A stretch of 28,319 nucleotides of DNA from Candidatus Hydrothermarchaeota archaeon. GTDB taxonomy: Archaea; CAYFZR01. Where the stretch lies: NCBI GenBank assembly GCA_046760505.1, contig JBHIEG010000023.1, forward strand, positions 1-28,319, given 5' to 3'. The notes under the pieces are model-generated. The model worked only from the letters and a program-made list of their open reading frames with translations, searched no databases and was not told where the DNA came from. Positions 1 through 8,795 of the stretch are shown here, one piece after another; positions within the stretch are counted from its first letter, which is position 1, and each line of letters opens with the position of its first letter. The position numbers were made by a program, and so were the translations under genes.

Positions 1-80
1 ACAATCCATTCTTCCATGGAAAATATTATATAACAAATAGATCATGCGATTTTTTAGGTGATACAATCATCAAACGCGGA

Positions 81-989
81 TTGGTGCTCTTGAGTTTCTT
101 ACTTCTAACTTTCAGTACAGGTTACGCTGCGTATGTAAATTGTATTAACTGTCACAAAGAGCCCGAGAAAATACATCCTAGTGTAAACATAGAACTTTGC
201 GCAAGATGTCATTCCATAGAGGGTAAGTTTGGTAAAAATGAGATACATGTGATACACAGACCAAAAGTAGATTGTACAACTTGCCATGGAACCATGCCCA
301 CGATTATTGAGAAGCCAGTGTGTGAAAAATGTCATACATCTTTAGTAGAAGCGCATGAAGTACTTGTAAAAGAAAAAAGAGTAGAAAAAACCTGCGATGC
401 ATGCCATAAAAAAGAAGCACCAAAAATTCACCACGCCTTGGATATTGCAAGAGAGTGCCAGAGGTGTCATGAAAAGCAATTCATAGAAAAAGCCCATACA
501 CTAAAGGAACAATGCAAAGACTGTCACCTAAGCAATAATCTTATAAAAATCCATGAAAATAAAGCAGACTGTTTTTCATGTCATAAATTGCCACCAAGAA
601 AACCTGCCTGCTCAGAATGCCATGCGGTTACCAATCATCTATATGACCCAATATGCGAGGAATGCCATGTAGAAGAACAGTATAGAGGAGAGTCGGTAGA
701 TAAGGGTATAAGGGTTCACAATCCCCATGCATACAAAGTGGATTGTTGGGACTGCCATATCATACCTCTGCCTGATAAAAACTGTACAATATGTCATGTG
801 ATAAAAAAAGATGCTAAAACTATACATGATGTTCATAAGGAAGCCCCCATAAAAGAAATCTGTGATAAATGTCATAAGAAACGGGAATTAAGAGAGGCAA
901 AAGCAAGCCAAAAGGCACGAACTTCAGTATCGCTAACAAAAGATAAAATCTTCAGATTTATTCTCTACGCAATATCAAATCTGACCTAA
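81..989 (+). CDS. Secreted multiheme cytochrome c (13 CxxCH)
   Basis: 13 CxxCH motifs, 13 additional His, hydrophobic N-terminal signal and amphipathic C-terminal tail. True start may be slightly upstream (ATC at 66/69 after AGGTGA). Confidence 0.93.
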   Translation: MVLLSFLLLTFSTGYAAYVNCINCHKEPEKIHPSVNIELCARCHSIEGKFGKNEIHVIHRPKVDCTTCHGTMPTIIEKPVCEKCHTSLVEAHEVLVKEKRVEKTCDACHKKEAPKIHHALDIARECQRCHEKQFIEKAHTLKEQCKDCHLSNNLIKIHENKADCFSCHKLPPRKPACSECHAVTNHLYDPICEECHVEEQYRGESVDKGIRVHNPHAYKVDCWDCHIIPLPDKNCTICHVIKKDAKTIHDVHKEAPIKEICDKCHKKRELREAKASQKARTSVSLTKDKIFRFILYAISNLT

Positions 990-1006
990 AATACATTCAT
1001 CCAGTC

Positions 1007-2005
1007 TTATAGTTCCCTCGTTGTTACAAATTCTAAAAGTTCGGCAAGTTTTTCCTTAGCAGGAGAATCTTCTATGAAATTAAGATCTTCCATCGCAAAG
1101 TCCTTGTAACGATTTTGTAGCAGAGATATCTCTTCCTTTACACTATATTTCTCTATTAGTTCGTGAATCTTTTCTATTTCATTCCTCTCTATATCTTTTT
1201 TTCCCCAAAGACCGAGGAGAAAATCTTTTTCTTTATTATTTAGGTGTGCAAAGAGTTTTATTATTACTATATTCATGTCCTCTTCCTTTAGATCGTTGAG
1301 AACGGGTTTTCCAATCTTATCCTGAGTTCCGTAAATATCCAAGAGGTCGTCTCTAATTTGCCATGCGTAACCTATAGACTTTCCATATGCATGGAGAGCC
1401 TCTATCTCCTCTCTCCTGCCGCCGCCAACTATCGCGCCCGCCTTGGCAGCCAGTGATATGAGAGGGCAAGTTTTTAACTCCACAATCTCTAGGTATTTCT
1501 CAACAGAAAACTTTTCTAATTCTGACCGCTCTAACTCCAGAGATGCACCCAGTACAGTCTTATAAACGCTTTCAACAAAACATTCTATCAACTCATACAG
1601 CTGATTCTTGGAGAGTGTATCCTCCTTATAAAATTTTAAGAGTCCATAGGTATCATTCAATAGAATGCCAGAGGCCAGAGTGGCTATCTTTCTATTCCAT
1701 TTTTTATGTACGGTAAGATCTCCCCTTCTCTTATCTGCATCATCAAACATATCATCTATTATTAGGGAAGATGTGTGAATTAATTCATATGCAAGGGACA
1801 CTGGAATAGCCTTCCTTCTTTCTCCATTTACTGCCTCGCATGCTAATAACGTTAAAATTGGTCTGAATCTTTTCCCTGATCTCATTATTGCATATCTAAC
1901 CGCTAGGCTTAGGGGATGATTGTCCAGACTTGAGTATAGTTCCCTTAGTTTATCGTTTATAAGGGAGCGATACTCATTATACCAATCAGGAAATATTTTA
2001 TCCAT
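1007..2005 (-). CDS. Trans-polyprenyl diphosphate synthase, probably longer than C20
   Basis: GKRFRP, FARM HTSSLIIDDMFD..RRG, KT motif, SARM QIRDDLLD. Ser at position -5 from the FARM. Confidence 0.92.
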   Translation of the reverse strand: MDKIFPDWYNEYRSLINDKLRELYSSLDNHPLSLAVRYAIMRSGKRFRPILTLLACEAVNGERRKAIPVSLAYELIHTSSLIIDDMFDDADKRRGDLTVHKKWNRKIATLASGILLNDTYGLLKFYKEDTLSKNQLYELIECFVESVYKTVLGASLELERSELEKFSVEKYLEIVELKTCPLISLAAKAGAIVGGGRREEIEALHAYGKSIGYAWQIRDDLLDIYGTQDKIGKPVLNDLKEEDMNIVIIKLFAHLNNKEKDFLLGLWGKKDIERNEIEKIHELIEKYSVKEEISLLQNRYKDFAMEDLNFIEDSPAKEKLAELLEFVTTREL

Positions 2006-2062
2006 TTATTCATTCCCTTTATTCCAAAATTTTTTAATATCATATATACATTTCCATAGAAC

Positions 2063-2617
2063 ATGCCTCTCCTGTCTCATCAGAAAAGGGCGAAAACATT
2101 TTTTGATTATCTCTCAAGATTCTATGATCACATAAATCCAAGAATATACACAAAAGAAATGAAAGAACTGTTATTAAATGAAATCGAGGGAAAAAACATC
2201 TTGGATGTGGGAGTTGGAACCGGTTACACCACAAAAGAGATTCCCAACTCCATAGGGATCGATCTATCCTACGAAATGATCAAAAAAGGGAAGAAAAATT
2301 ACACGGGATCATTAATCGTGGGAGATGCTCTCAAACCTCCTTTCAAGCCAAAATCTTTTGACACGATAATTAGTGCTGGCTCTTTCTACTACTTTCCATC
2401 TCCTTTGGAGGCATTAAGAAAATTTCATGAGTTGTTGAGGGACAGGGGAGTTTTTCTCTGCATAGTTCCAAACACAAGAATACTCAGACCCTTCATCCAT
2501 ACATTCAAAGAAAAAGATCTTGAAGACCTCTACAAAAAGAGTTCTTTCAGACAGGAAAAGCTACTAAAGGTTTGCTTTGGAGGAATCGCATATTTCTCAA
2601 AGGCAAGAAAAATGTGA
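2063..2617 (+). CDS. Class I SAM methyltransferase, VTE3(MPBQ/MSBQ)/MenG-like prenylquinol methyltransferase
   Basis: Motif I LDVGVGTG; N-terminal YLSRFYDHINP..YTKEM and ISAGSFYYFPSP resemble the VTE3 family as recalled. Confidence 0.8.
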   Translation: MPLLSHQKRAKTFFDYLSRFYDHINPRIYTKEMKELLLNEIEGKNILDVGVGTGYTTKEIPNSIGIDLSYEMIKKGKKNYTGSLIVGDALKPPFKPKSFDTIISAGSFYYFPSPLEALRKFHELLRDRGVFLCIVPNTRILRPFIHTFKEKDLEDLYKKSSFRQEKLLKVCFGGIAYFSKARKM

Positions 2618-3770
2618 TGTCCTTGTAGTAGGTCTTGGTCCAGCGGGCGCCTTCGCCCTTAGAGAAGCATCTAAACATGTAGATGTAATAGGAATAGACT
2701 CCAAGGAAAGAATAGATTATCCCGTAAAGTGTGGGGAACTGCTTCCAAAAATAAATGAATTAAAGGACCTATTGCCAGAGACGGATAGAAAACTTATCGA
2801 ATACCTCTTCAAGGTGCCAAAAAGGTTTATTTCAAATGAAACAAGCAAAATCAGATTTATATCACCAAAAAACAACTCAATAGAAATAAAATTTAAAAAT
2901 ATCATATTAAATAGGAACAAATGGATAGAGGATATCGTAAAACAGGGAGAAAAAAATGGAGCAAGAATTCTGTTGAATACCATGGCAATAGGCCTTAAAG
3001 AAAATGTTTTAAAGGTTAAAAAGGAAGGAGAAATCTTTAACATCAAAGCCAAGGTGATAATCGGGGCAGACGGTGCATACTCAAAGGTGGCGAAGTGGAC
3101 CAATCTGTACACTAGAAACGATTCTTTATGCAAAGTAAAACAGCATCTCTTGGAGGGAGTTGAAAGTGAAACCGTGGACATGTACTTCGGGCGAAGAATT
3201 GCTCCGGGAACCTATGCATATATAATACCAAAGGGAAACTCCCTTGCGAATGTTGGAACCGGAGTAAGAAATTCTTTTATCGAAAAAGGAGATACTTTAT
3301 CAAAAATTTTAGATAGATTCATCAAAAATAATCCTCTGCTAAGAGATGCAAGGATAAAAAATACCATTGGGGCGATACTGCCGGTCGGACAGCCACTGCC
3401 TAAAACATGCAGTGATAGCGTGATGCTTGTAGGGGACGCTGCAAGACAGGTAATATCAATAGTTGGGGCTGGAATCCCTCCCAGCGCCATAGCAGGAAGT
3501 ATTGCTGGTGAAATTTCCGCTAGGCATATATTAGAAGATATCCCCCTCTCGTTATACGAGAAAAAGTGGAAAGCAAATCTATCCAAGGTCTTTGAGAGAT
3601 CTATTTTCCTAAGAAAATTTTGGGATAAACTCGCGATGGATGATGACCTCATAGAGAAGTTTATGGGAAGAATGAACGAACATGATGGAGAATCCATCCT
3701 TAGGGTTAAGTTATCCCCAAGAATAAAGATTACAAACAAATTATTCCCGCTTATCAAAAATCTCATCTGA
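2577..3770 (+). CDS. Geranylgeranyl reductase family FAD oxidoreductase
   Basis: VVGLGPAG, KCGE, GADG, PGTYAYIIPKG, VGDAA, GAGI. Start uncertain because it overlaps the upstream gene. Confidence 0.9.
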   Translation: MEESHISQRQEKCDVLVVGLGPAGAFALREASKHVDVIGIDSKERIDYPVKCGELLPKINELKDLLPETDRKLIEYLFKVPKRFISNETSKIRFISPKNNSIEIKFKNIILNRNKWIEDIVKQGEKNGARILLNTMAIGLKENVLKVKKEGEIFNIKAKVIIGADGAYSKVAKWTNLYTRNDSLCKVKQHLLEGVESETVDMYFGRRIAPGTYAYIIPKGNSLANVGTGVRNSFIEKGDTLSKILDRFIKNNPLLRDARIKNTIGAILPVGQPLPKTCSDSVMLVGDAARQVISIVGAGIPPSAIAGSIAGEISARHILEDIPLSLYEKKWKANLSKVFERSIFLRKFWDKLAMDDDLIEKFMGRMNEHDGESILRVKLSPRIKITNKLFPLIKNLI

Positions 3771-3829
3771 CAAAAGGGAGTAGATAATAGAGTGAAATAA
3801 TGGGATTTAAAGTAAAAGGAGTTAATAAG

Positions 3830-5527
3830 ATGAGTGATCTAATTCTATTGCACCCTCCAAGCGTGTACGACTTTAGGGATATCTGTATATTTTACGGACC
3901 AGTCAGTGATCTCATACCTTCTACCCCCATATTTGAAATGTATCCGATCGGTTTTATCAGTATTGCAGAGTATTTGGAAAGACATGGATACAGAGTTAAA
4001 ATTGTAAATATTGCGGCGAAAATGTTAAAGGACAATAAGTTTAACGTTGAAAAACTGATAAAAGGCTTAGACTCGCAGGTATTCGGCATAGATCTCCACT
4101 GGCTACCCCATGCCCAAGGTTCTTTGGAGATTGCTAGAATTATAAAGAAGTACCATCCGAATTCAAAGATAGTGATGGGGGGTTTATCTTCCTCTTACTT
4201 TCACACTGAGATCATTGACCATCAAGTTGACTATATTTTAAGGGGAGACTCTACCGAAAAGCCGTTTCTCATGCTTTTAGACTGTATAGAAAAGGAAAAA
4301 AAGCCTGAGAACGTGCCAAATCTCACATGGAAAGATGATGGGAAGAAAAAAATAAATCCAATTTCTCATGTTCCCGAAAGCCTAGACGATCTCATGTTGA
4401 ATCCAGAGCCTCTGATAAAGTCGGTAATAAGAGACAGAGATATGAATGGATACATACCTTTCAAGGATTGGATAGACTATCCCCTTACCGCAGTTTTTAC
4501 ATGCAGAGGATGTCTTTACAACTGCGTAACCTGCGGCGGCTCAAAACACTTTTACTCGAGCATATGTATGAGGGAGAAAATAGCCTTAAGGAGTCCGGAT
4601 AAGATAGCGGAGGACATGGCAATTATTCAGGATTATATCCAAGGACCAATATTTATTGTCGGAGATCTTTTTCAAGGCGGGAACAAATATGCTGAAAACG
4701 TATTGAACTCAATAAAAAAAGAGAATATAGAGAATCCAGTCGTGGTAGAATTTTTTAAACCCCCTTCAGACTCATTTTTGGAAAAGATTTCCAGAACATT
4801 TAAAGAGTTTTACTTGCAGATATCTCCCGAGAGTCACGACTATTACATAAGAAGAAATCAGGGAAGAAACTACGGGAATAAAGATCTGGAGAAAGCAATA
4901 AAAAAAGCGATAGAACTTGGATGTAGTAGAATAGATGTCTTTTTCATGATAGGCATTCCTGGTCAAACAATGGATTCTGTCTACGAAACGGTTGAATACT
5001 GTGCGCATTTAATAGAATTAGATAGTTACAGAAGCGTAAGACCATTTATTTCTCCCTTAGCGCCATTTTTGGATCCGGGAAGCCTTGCATATGAAAACCC
5101 GGCTAAATTTGGATACAAACTATTTTTAAGATCTCTTGAGGATCACAGAAGGGCTCTGCTGAATCCTAGCTGGAAGCATACACTGAATTATGAAACCAAA
5201 TGGCTCAAGAAGGAAGATATAGTTAAGAGTACATACGAAAGCGCAATCAGATTAAACAGGATTAAGATGGAAAAAAATGTTATAAATCAGGAGGAAGCCC
5301 TTGAAATTGAAGAAAGGATATTGCTCTCGAGAAATATCCTTTACGAAATAGATAACGCACTGAAGTTTGACGGTGAAAAAAGAGAGAATAAACTATCGGA
5401 GTTAAAGTCTAAATTAGAGGAAGCCAATAAAGAGGTTCTATGTCCGAGAGAAGAGTTGAAATTTTCTAAAAAAGCGAAAATAAAGAAGATCAATGTACTC
5501 AAATCATTTCTGAGAAACTTTAGATGA
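3830..5527 (+). CDS. B12-binding domain radical SAM protein (TIGR04190/Ta0216-like)
   Basis: LLHPPSVYDFR..FEMYPIGF and GIDLHWLPHAQG signatures; CxxxCxxC (CLYNCVTC). ATG 3830 preferred over 3800. Confidence 0.9.
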   Translation: MSDLILLHPPSVYDFRDICIFYGPVSDLIPSTPIFEMYPIGFISIAEYLERHGYRVKIVNIAAKMLKDNKFNVEKLIKGLDSQVFGIDLHWLPHAQGSLEIARIIKKYHPNSKIVMGGLSSSYFHTEIIDHQVDYILRGDSTEKPFLMLLDCIEKEKKPENVPNLTWKDDGKKKINPISHVPESLDDLMLNPEPLIKSVIRDRDMNGYIPFKDWIDYPLTAVFTCRGCLYNCVTCGGSKHFYSSICMREKIALRSPDKIAEDMAIIQDYIQGPIFIVGDLFQGGNKYAENVLNSIKKENIENPVVVEFFKPPSDSFLEKISRTFKEFYLQISPESHDYYIRRNQGRNYGNKDLEKAIKKAIELGCSRIDVFFMIGIPGQTMDSVYETVEYCAHLIELDSYRSVRPFISPLAPFLDPGSLAYENPAKFGYKLFLRSLEDHRRALLNPSWKHTLNYETKWLKKEDIVKSTYESAIRLNRIKMEKNVINQEEALEIEERILLSRNILYEIDNALKFDGEKRENKLSELKSKLEEANKEVLCPREELKFSKKAKIKKINVLKSFLRNFR

Positions 5528-5704
5528 ATCTGTCTTTCTAGCCTTTATGTAAACTGGGAGCAACGTTAAAAGAGTTCCTGCACTTATGAAAAACAGGGCC
5601 ATCGAGAATTCTCTTCTCGTAATAAACTCAATTCCAACCGTTACTATGAGAAGACCGAGGAGTTTAGTCATTAGGTCTATCGTGTAATAGGTTTTACCTT
5701 CCAA
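5504..5704 (-). CDS. Small 2-TM membrane protein, last gene of the cytochrome b operon
   Basis: TTG start after AGAGGA, two hydrophobic helices, 12 nt after the CCG gene. Confidence 0.65.
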   Translation of the reverse strand: MEGKTYYTIDLMTKLLGLLIVTVGIEFITRREFSMALFFISAGTLLTLLPVYIKARKTDSSKVSQK

Positions 5705-5716
5705 ATTTATTCCTCT

Positions 5717-6877
5717 TTATATGCCCATCGACTGAAGAACCAATTCTGATACGTCTCTCACCTTGATTTGTGCGTTAGCCTTTTTTACACCATCAGAGAG
5801 ATTTAATCTACAGAAAGGGCAGCAACTCGCTATCAACTCTGCACCAGTAGAAATTGCCTCATTTGCTCTTATTTCTGCAAGGGTAATTGCATCATCAGCA
5901 AATTGAGCCCTGAATCCCCCTCCTGCGCCGCAGCATCTCGCTAGTTCTTTTATATTTTCCATTTCTACTAACTCCAACTCAGGTATGGACTCCAATATCT
6001 TCCTTGGCTCCTCATATATTCCTACGTGCCTACCTAGATGACATGGATCATGATAAGTTACTCTCATTTCCATGTTCTTCTTCAAATCGATTCTGCCTTC
6101 GTTTAGGAGCTCATATATGTATTGAGAGATATGTTTGACCTCTACATCAAAATCTAGTCCTAAAGAATCAGCCCACTTGGGGTAGTCTATGTGAAGCGTA
6201 CGAAAACAACCTGCACAAGCTGCCAAAACAGTTTCTGTACCTCTATTTTTGAACTCGCTTATGTTGTGGGTGATTAAATCATATGCTATGTCAAGTTGAC
6301 CAGTTCTGAGAAACGGAGAGCCACAGCACCACTCATTTGGACCGAGAAAATCAAAATTTATTCCAGCGGCATTCAATATTTTTACGCTGCTTTTTGCAAG
6401 ATCAAGCATTCTGTAAGCCGCTGTGCATCCAGCGAAGTATAAAATTGGAGAATTCTCTTTTATGTTTATATCTTCAGGAATCCAGGCTCCTCTTTGAGAG
6501 GGTTCTTCATTGTATGGATTGTGTTTTGCTTGCGTAGCCTTTTTTATCCTAACATGATTCGGCATAGGTCCTAATTCAAGTCGAACCAGTTCAGAGCGTA
6601 TCTCTTCCCAGAGTTCTACCGTGGGTATGTTAACCTGACAAACCTCGTGGCAGTACCCGCATGTTGTGCACTGGTATATTCTTTCAGTCATGTTTTGGTC
6701 AAATCTTGCTCTGTTTTTTAAAACATTCTTCAAGAAAAATAACTTTCCTCTTGGCGTTGAAGATTCCCATTTGTTTAAATCATACATGCAGCAAACAGGT
6801 ATACAATAACCGCATTGTGCACAACTGAAAGTTTCCCATGACATTTCGTCGGTTAACTTTACTCTCCAGTCTACCAT
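5717..6877 (-). CDS. HdrD/GlcF-like Fe-S oxidoreductase (2x[4Fe-4S] + 2 CCG domains)
   Basis: CAQCGYCIPVC, CTTCGYCHEVC; FAGC..CCG..CAGC and HDPC..CCG..CPFC. Confidence 0.93.
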   Translation of the reverse strand: MVDWRVKLTDEMSWETFSCAQCGYCIPVCCMYDLNKWESSTPRGKLFFLKNVLKNRARFDQNMTERIYQCTTCGYCHEVCQVNIPTVELWEEIRSELVRLELGPMPNHVRIKKATQAKHNPYNEEPSQRGAWIPEDINIKENSPILYFAGCTAAYRMLDLAKSSVKILNAAGINFDFLGPNEWCCGSPFLRTGQLDIAYDLITHNISEFKNRGTETVLAACAGCFRTLHIDYPKWADSLGLDFDVEVKHISQYIYELLNEGRIDLKKNMEMRVTYHDPCHLGRHVGIYEEPRKILESIPELELVEMENIKELARCCGAGGGFRAQFADDAITLAEIRANEAISTGAELIASCCPFCRLNLSDGVKKANAQIKVRDVSELVLQSMGI

Positions 6878-6887
6878 AAAAAACCTC

Positions 6888-8336
6888 CTATTGGCTCTTA
6901 GGTCTTTTGTATTTAAATATTTTGCTTCCGATGCTCATAAAGGGTTTTGATAATTTAATTGCAAGAGAAACAGGCATTATTGGGAAAGTTTTTATCTTCG
7001 GCGAAAATATCTTCCCTGGATTCATGATGTCATTTGGATCCACTTCCTTTTTGAATCTCTTTATCTTTTCGTATCTTTCCTTTCCGAAGAAACTCTCGGA
7101 TTCACCTGAAAACCATATTCCAGTAGAGTATATTCTTCCGCCGAACTTCTTTGCTACATCGATAATTTTAAATGCGTTGTTCCAACCAAAAGTGAATCTC
7201 AAGAAAGAGCGTTCGTCATCAAGGAAGAATGCTAGAATAGCTGCTTCTCTCTCGCTGATTACCTGTCCCTCCGCACCTATATACATGCCCTTTGTCTCTT
7301 TTTCGATTGCCTCGAGCGCCTCACCCAGTCTCTCCAATGGGACTAAGGCCTCGCTAGGTATTATACTCGGACCGAGCCTTTTTAATCTCATTGGATAAAA
7401 TCTCTCTTCCCATTCTTCTTTCGAGATTTCACCGCTAACTATTTCTCCAGCGTTTGAATATATTATGTCCACGAGTTTTTCCTTAGAATTGTTGTAGTCA
7501 GATTCGTAATAAGCGATCAATGCATAGTACTTGTCTTCTGGTAGAACTTTATGCCCGGTAGCCTCCTGCTTCAGTTTAGTGAATCCTGGAGTGCCAAAAC
7601 CTATTGTAAATGGTTTCACTTCCCTTACAATTTGATTTATTGCTCTATTTAGGGTTGCTGCATTTTTGAACAATACGGTTACTGGAACGATTTCCTCCTT
7701 GTCCTTTACCTCAATCTTCAACTTTGTTATGAATCCGGTTATTCCCTCACAGTCGCACACAAGGTCTAGATCATTGCCCTTGAACGTCATTACCTGTCCA
7801 TTGGGAGTTACTACCTCTGCCTCTCTTACCACATCGCATGCCCCTCCATGGGCTAGACTGCCGATTCCCGTGCCTCCCTGGGCAATCCAGCCCGCTACAG
7901 TAGCAGATGGAGCGCTGGATGGATAATTCTTGAGCTGTAATCCTTTTTTGTTTAGTTCCTTCTCAAGATTCCACCAAATTACGCCTGGCTCTACCGTAGC
8001 GGTCTTTTCATCTTTATTTATCTCGATTATTTTACCCATCCTCGAAAGATCGACCACTATTCCTCCGTACACTGGTAAGGCGCCTCCGTATCCTCCAGAT
8101 GCTGATCCTCTGGGTATCAAAGGCATTCTGAATTCGTTAGCCAAATTAACAAGCTTTATGAGTTCTTCATTATTTTCTGGAAGTACCACCGCATCAGGAA
8201 ATGTTGATAGCATAAAAACTGAAACCAAATCAGGAAGCATGCCTACATCATGTGAGTAGAGGAGTCTCTCGTCCTCGTCAAATCTTACCCTATCCCCAAA
8301 TATTTCTTTCAACCTGTATTTTAACTCAACATCCAT
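6888..8336 (-). CDS. FAD-binding oxidoreductase (GlcD/D-2-hydroxyacid dehydrogenase, VAO fold)
   Basis: PDAVVLP, PRGSASG, VEPG, ATVAGW, EGITGFIT, DPNDIMNPGK. Confidence 0.92.
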   Translation of the reverse strand: MDVELKYRLKEIFGDRVRFDEDERLLYSHDVGMLPDLVSVFMLSTFPDAVVLPENNEELIKLVNLANEFRMPLIPRGSASGGYGGALPVYGGIVVDLSRMGKIIEINKDEKTATVEPGVIWWNLEKELNKKGLQLKNYPSSAPSATVAGWIAQGGTGIGSLAHGGACDVVREAEVVTPNGQVMTFKGNDLDLVCDCEGITGFITKLKIEVKDKEEIVPVTVLFKNAATLNRAINQIVREVKPFTIGFGTPGFTKLKQEATGHKVLPEDKYYALIAYYESDYNNSKEKLVDIIYSNAGEIVSGEISKEEWEERFYPMRLKRLGPSIIPSEALVPLERLGEALEAIEKETKGMYIGAEGQVISEREAAILAFFLDDERSFLRFTFGWNNAFKIIDVAKKFGGRIYSTGIWFSGESESFFGKERYEKIKRFKKEVDPNDIMNPGKIFSPKIKTFPIMPVSLAIKLSKPFMSIGSKIFKYKRPKSQ

Positions 8337-8345
8337 TCTATCACC

Positions 8346-8792
8346 TTAATGATGCACTACTGCGTATACACTAAGACCTATCATGGCTATTATTGTTAGG
8401 ACACCGATTATAGTCCAGAAAGGTCTTTCCCAAGGGTAATATGCTTCTTTTCTGTCTATAAATGGGAGCAGAAATAACAATAGAATGAATAGTGCCGGGC
8501 CTATGATTCCACCGATTAACTTAGCCGGTATAGGACCTATTGGCCAAGTCCATGTCTTGAGAAAGCCAAAAACCGGGAAGAAGTACCAATCCGGATAATT
8601 TGAGGGCGGCATCTTGAAAGGATCAAACGGTGGATGAACAGGCAACTGGAGAAATGCGGCTAGGAAACACAAGGCTGCGAATACCAAGAGCATGACTGCT
8701 GGATATCTGAAGACCTCGTCTTTAAAGAGTATCGCGTGTCTTTCTTCCTTTTTTTCCAATCTTCTTTTTACTTCATCTATCTTCATTTTCAT
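8346..8792 (-). CDS. petD: Cytochrome b6 subunit IV (PetD-like)
   Basis: PDWYFFPVF Qo motif, LLPFID..PWERP, 3 TM helices, directly after cytochrome b6. Confidence 0.88.
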   Translation of the reverse strand: MKMKIDEVKRRLEKKEERHAILFKDEVFRYPAVMLLVFAALCFLAAFLQLPVHPPFDPFKMPPSNYPDWYFFPVFGFLKTWTWPIGPIPAKLIGGIIGPALFILLLFLLPFIDRKEAYYPWERPFWTIIGVLTIIAMIGLSVYAVVHH

Positions 8793-8795
8793 TCC

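Noticed and set aside
1-17. Start of a divergent minus-strand gene (MEEWI...)
   Set aside because: Plausible given the TATA at 24-33, but five codons are too few to support a call.
2717-3766. Long antisense ORFs (154 and 184 aa; likewise 6907-7398, 11495-11818, 15204-15599)
   Set aside because: Shadows of well-supported genes on the opposite strand, S/F/I/L-rich and without motifs.
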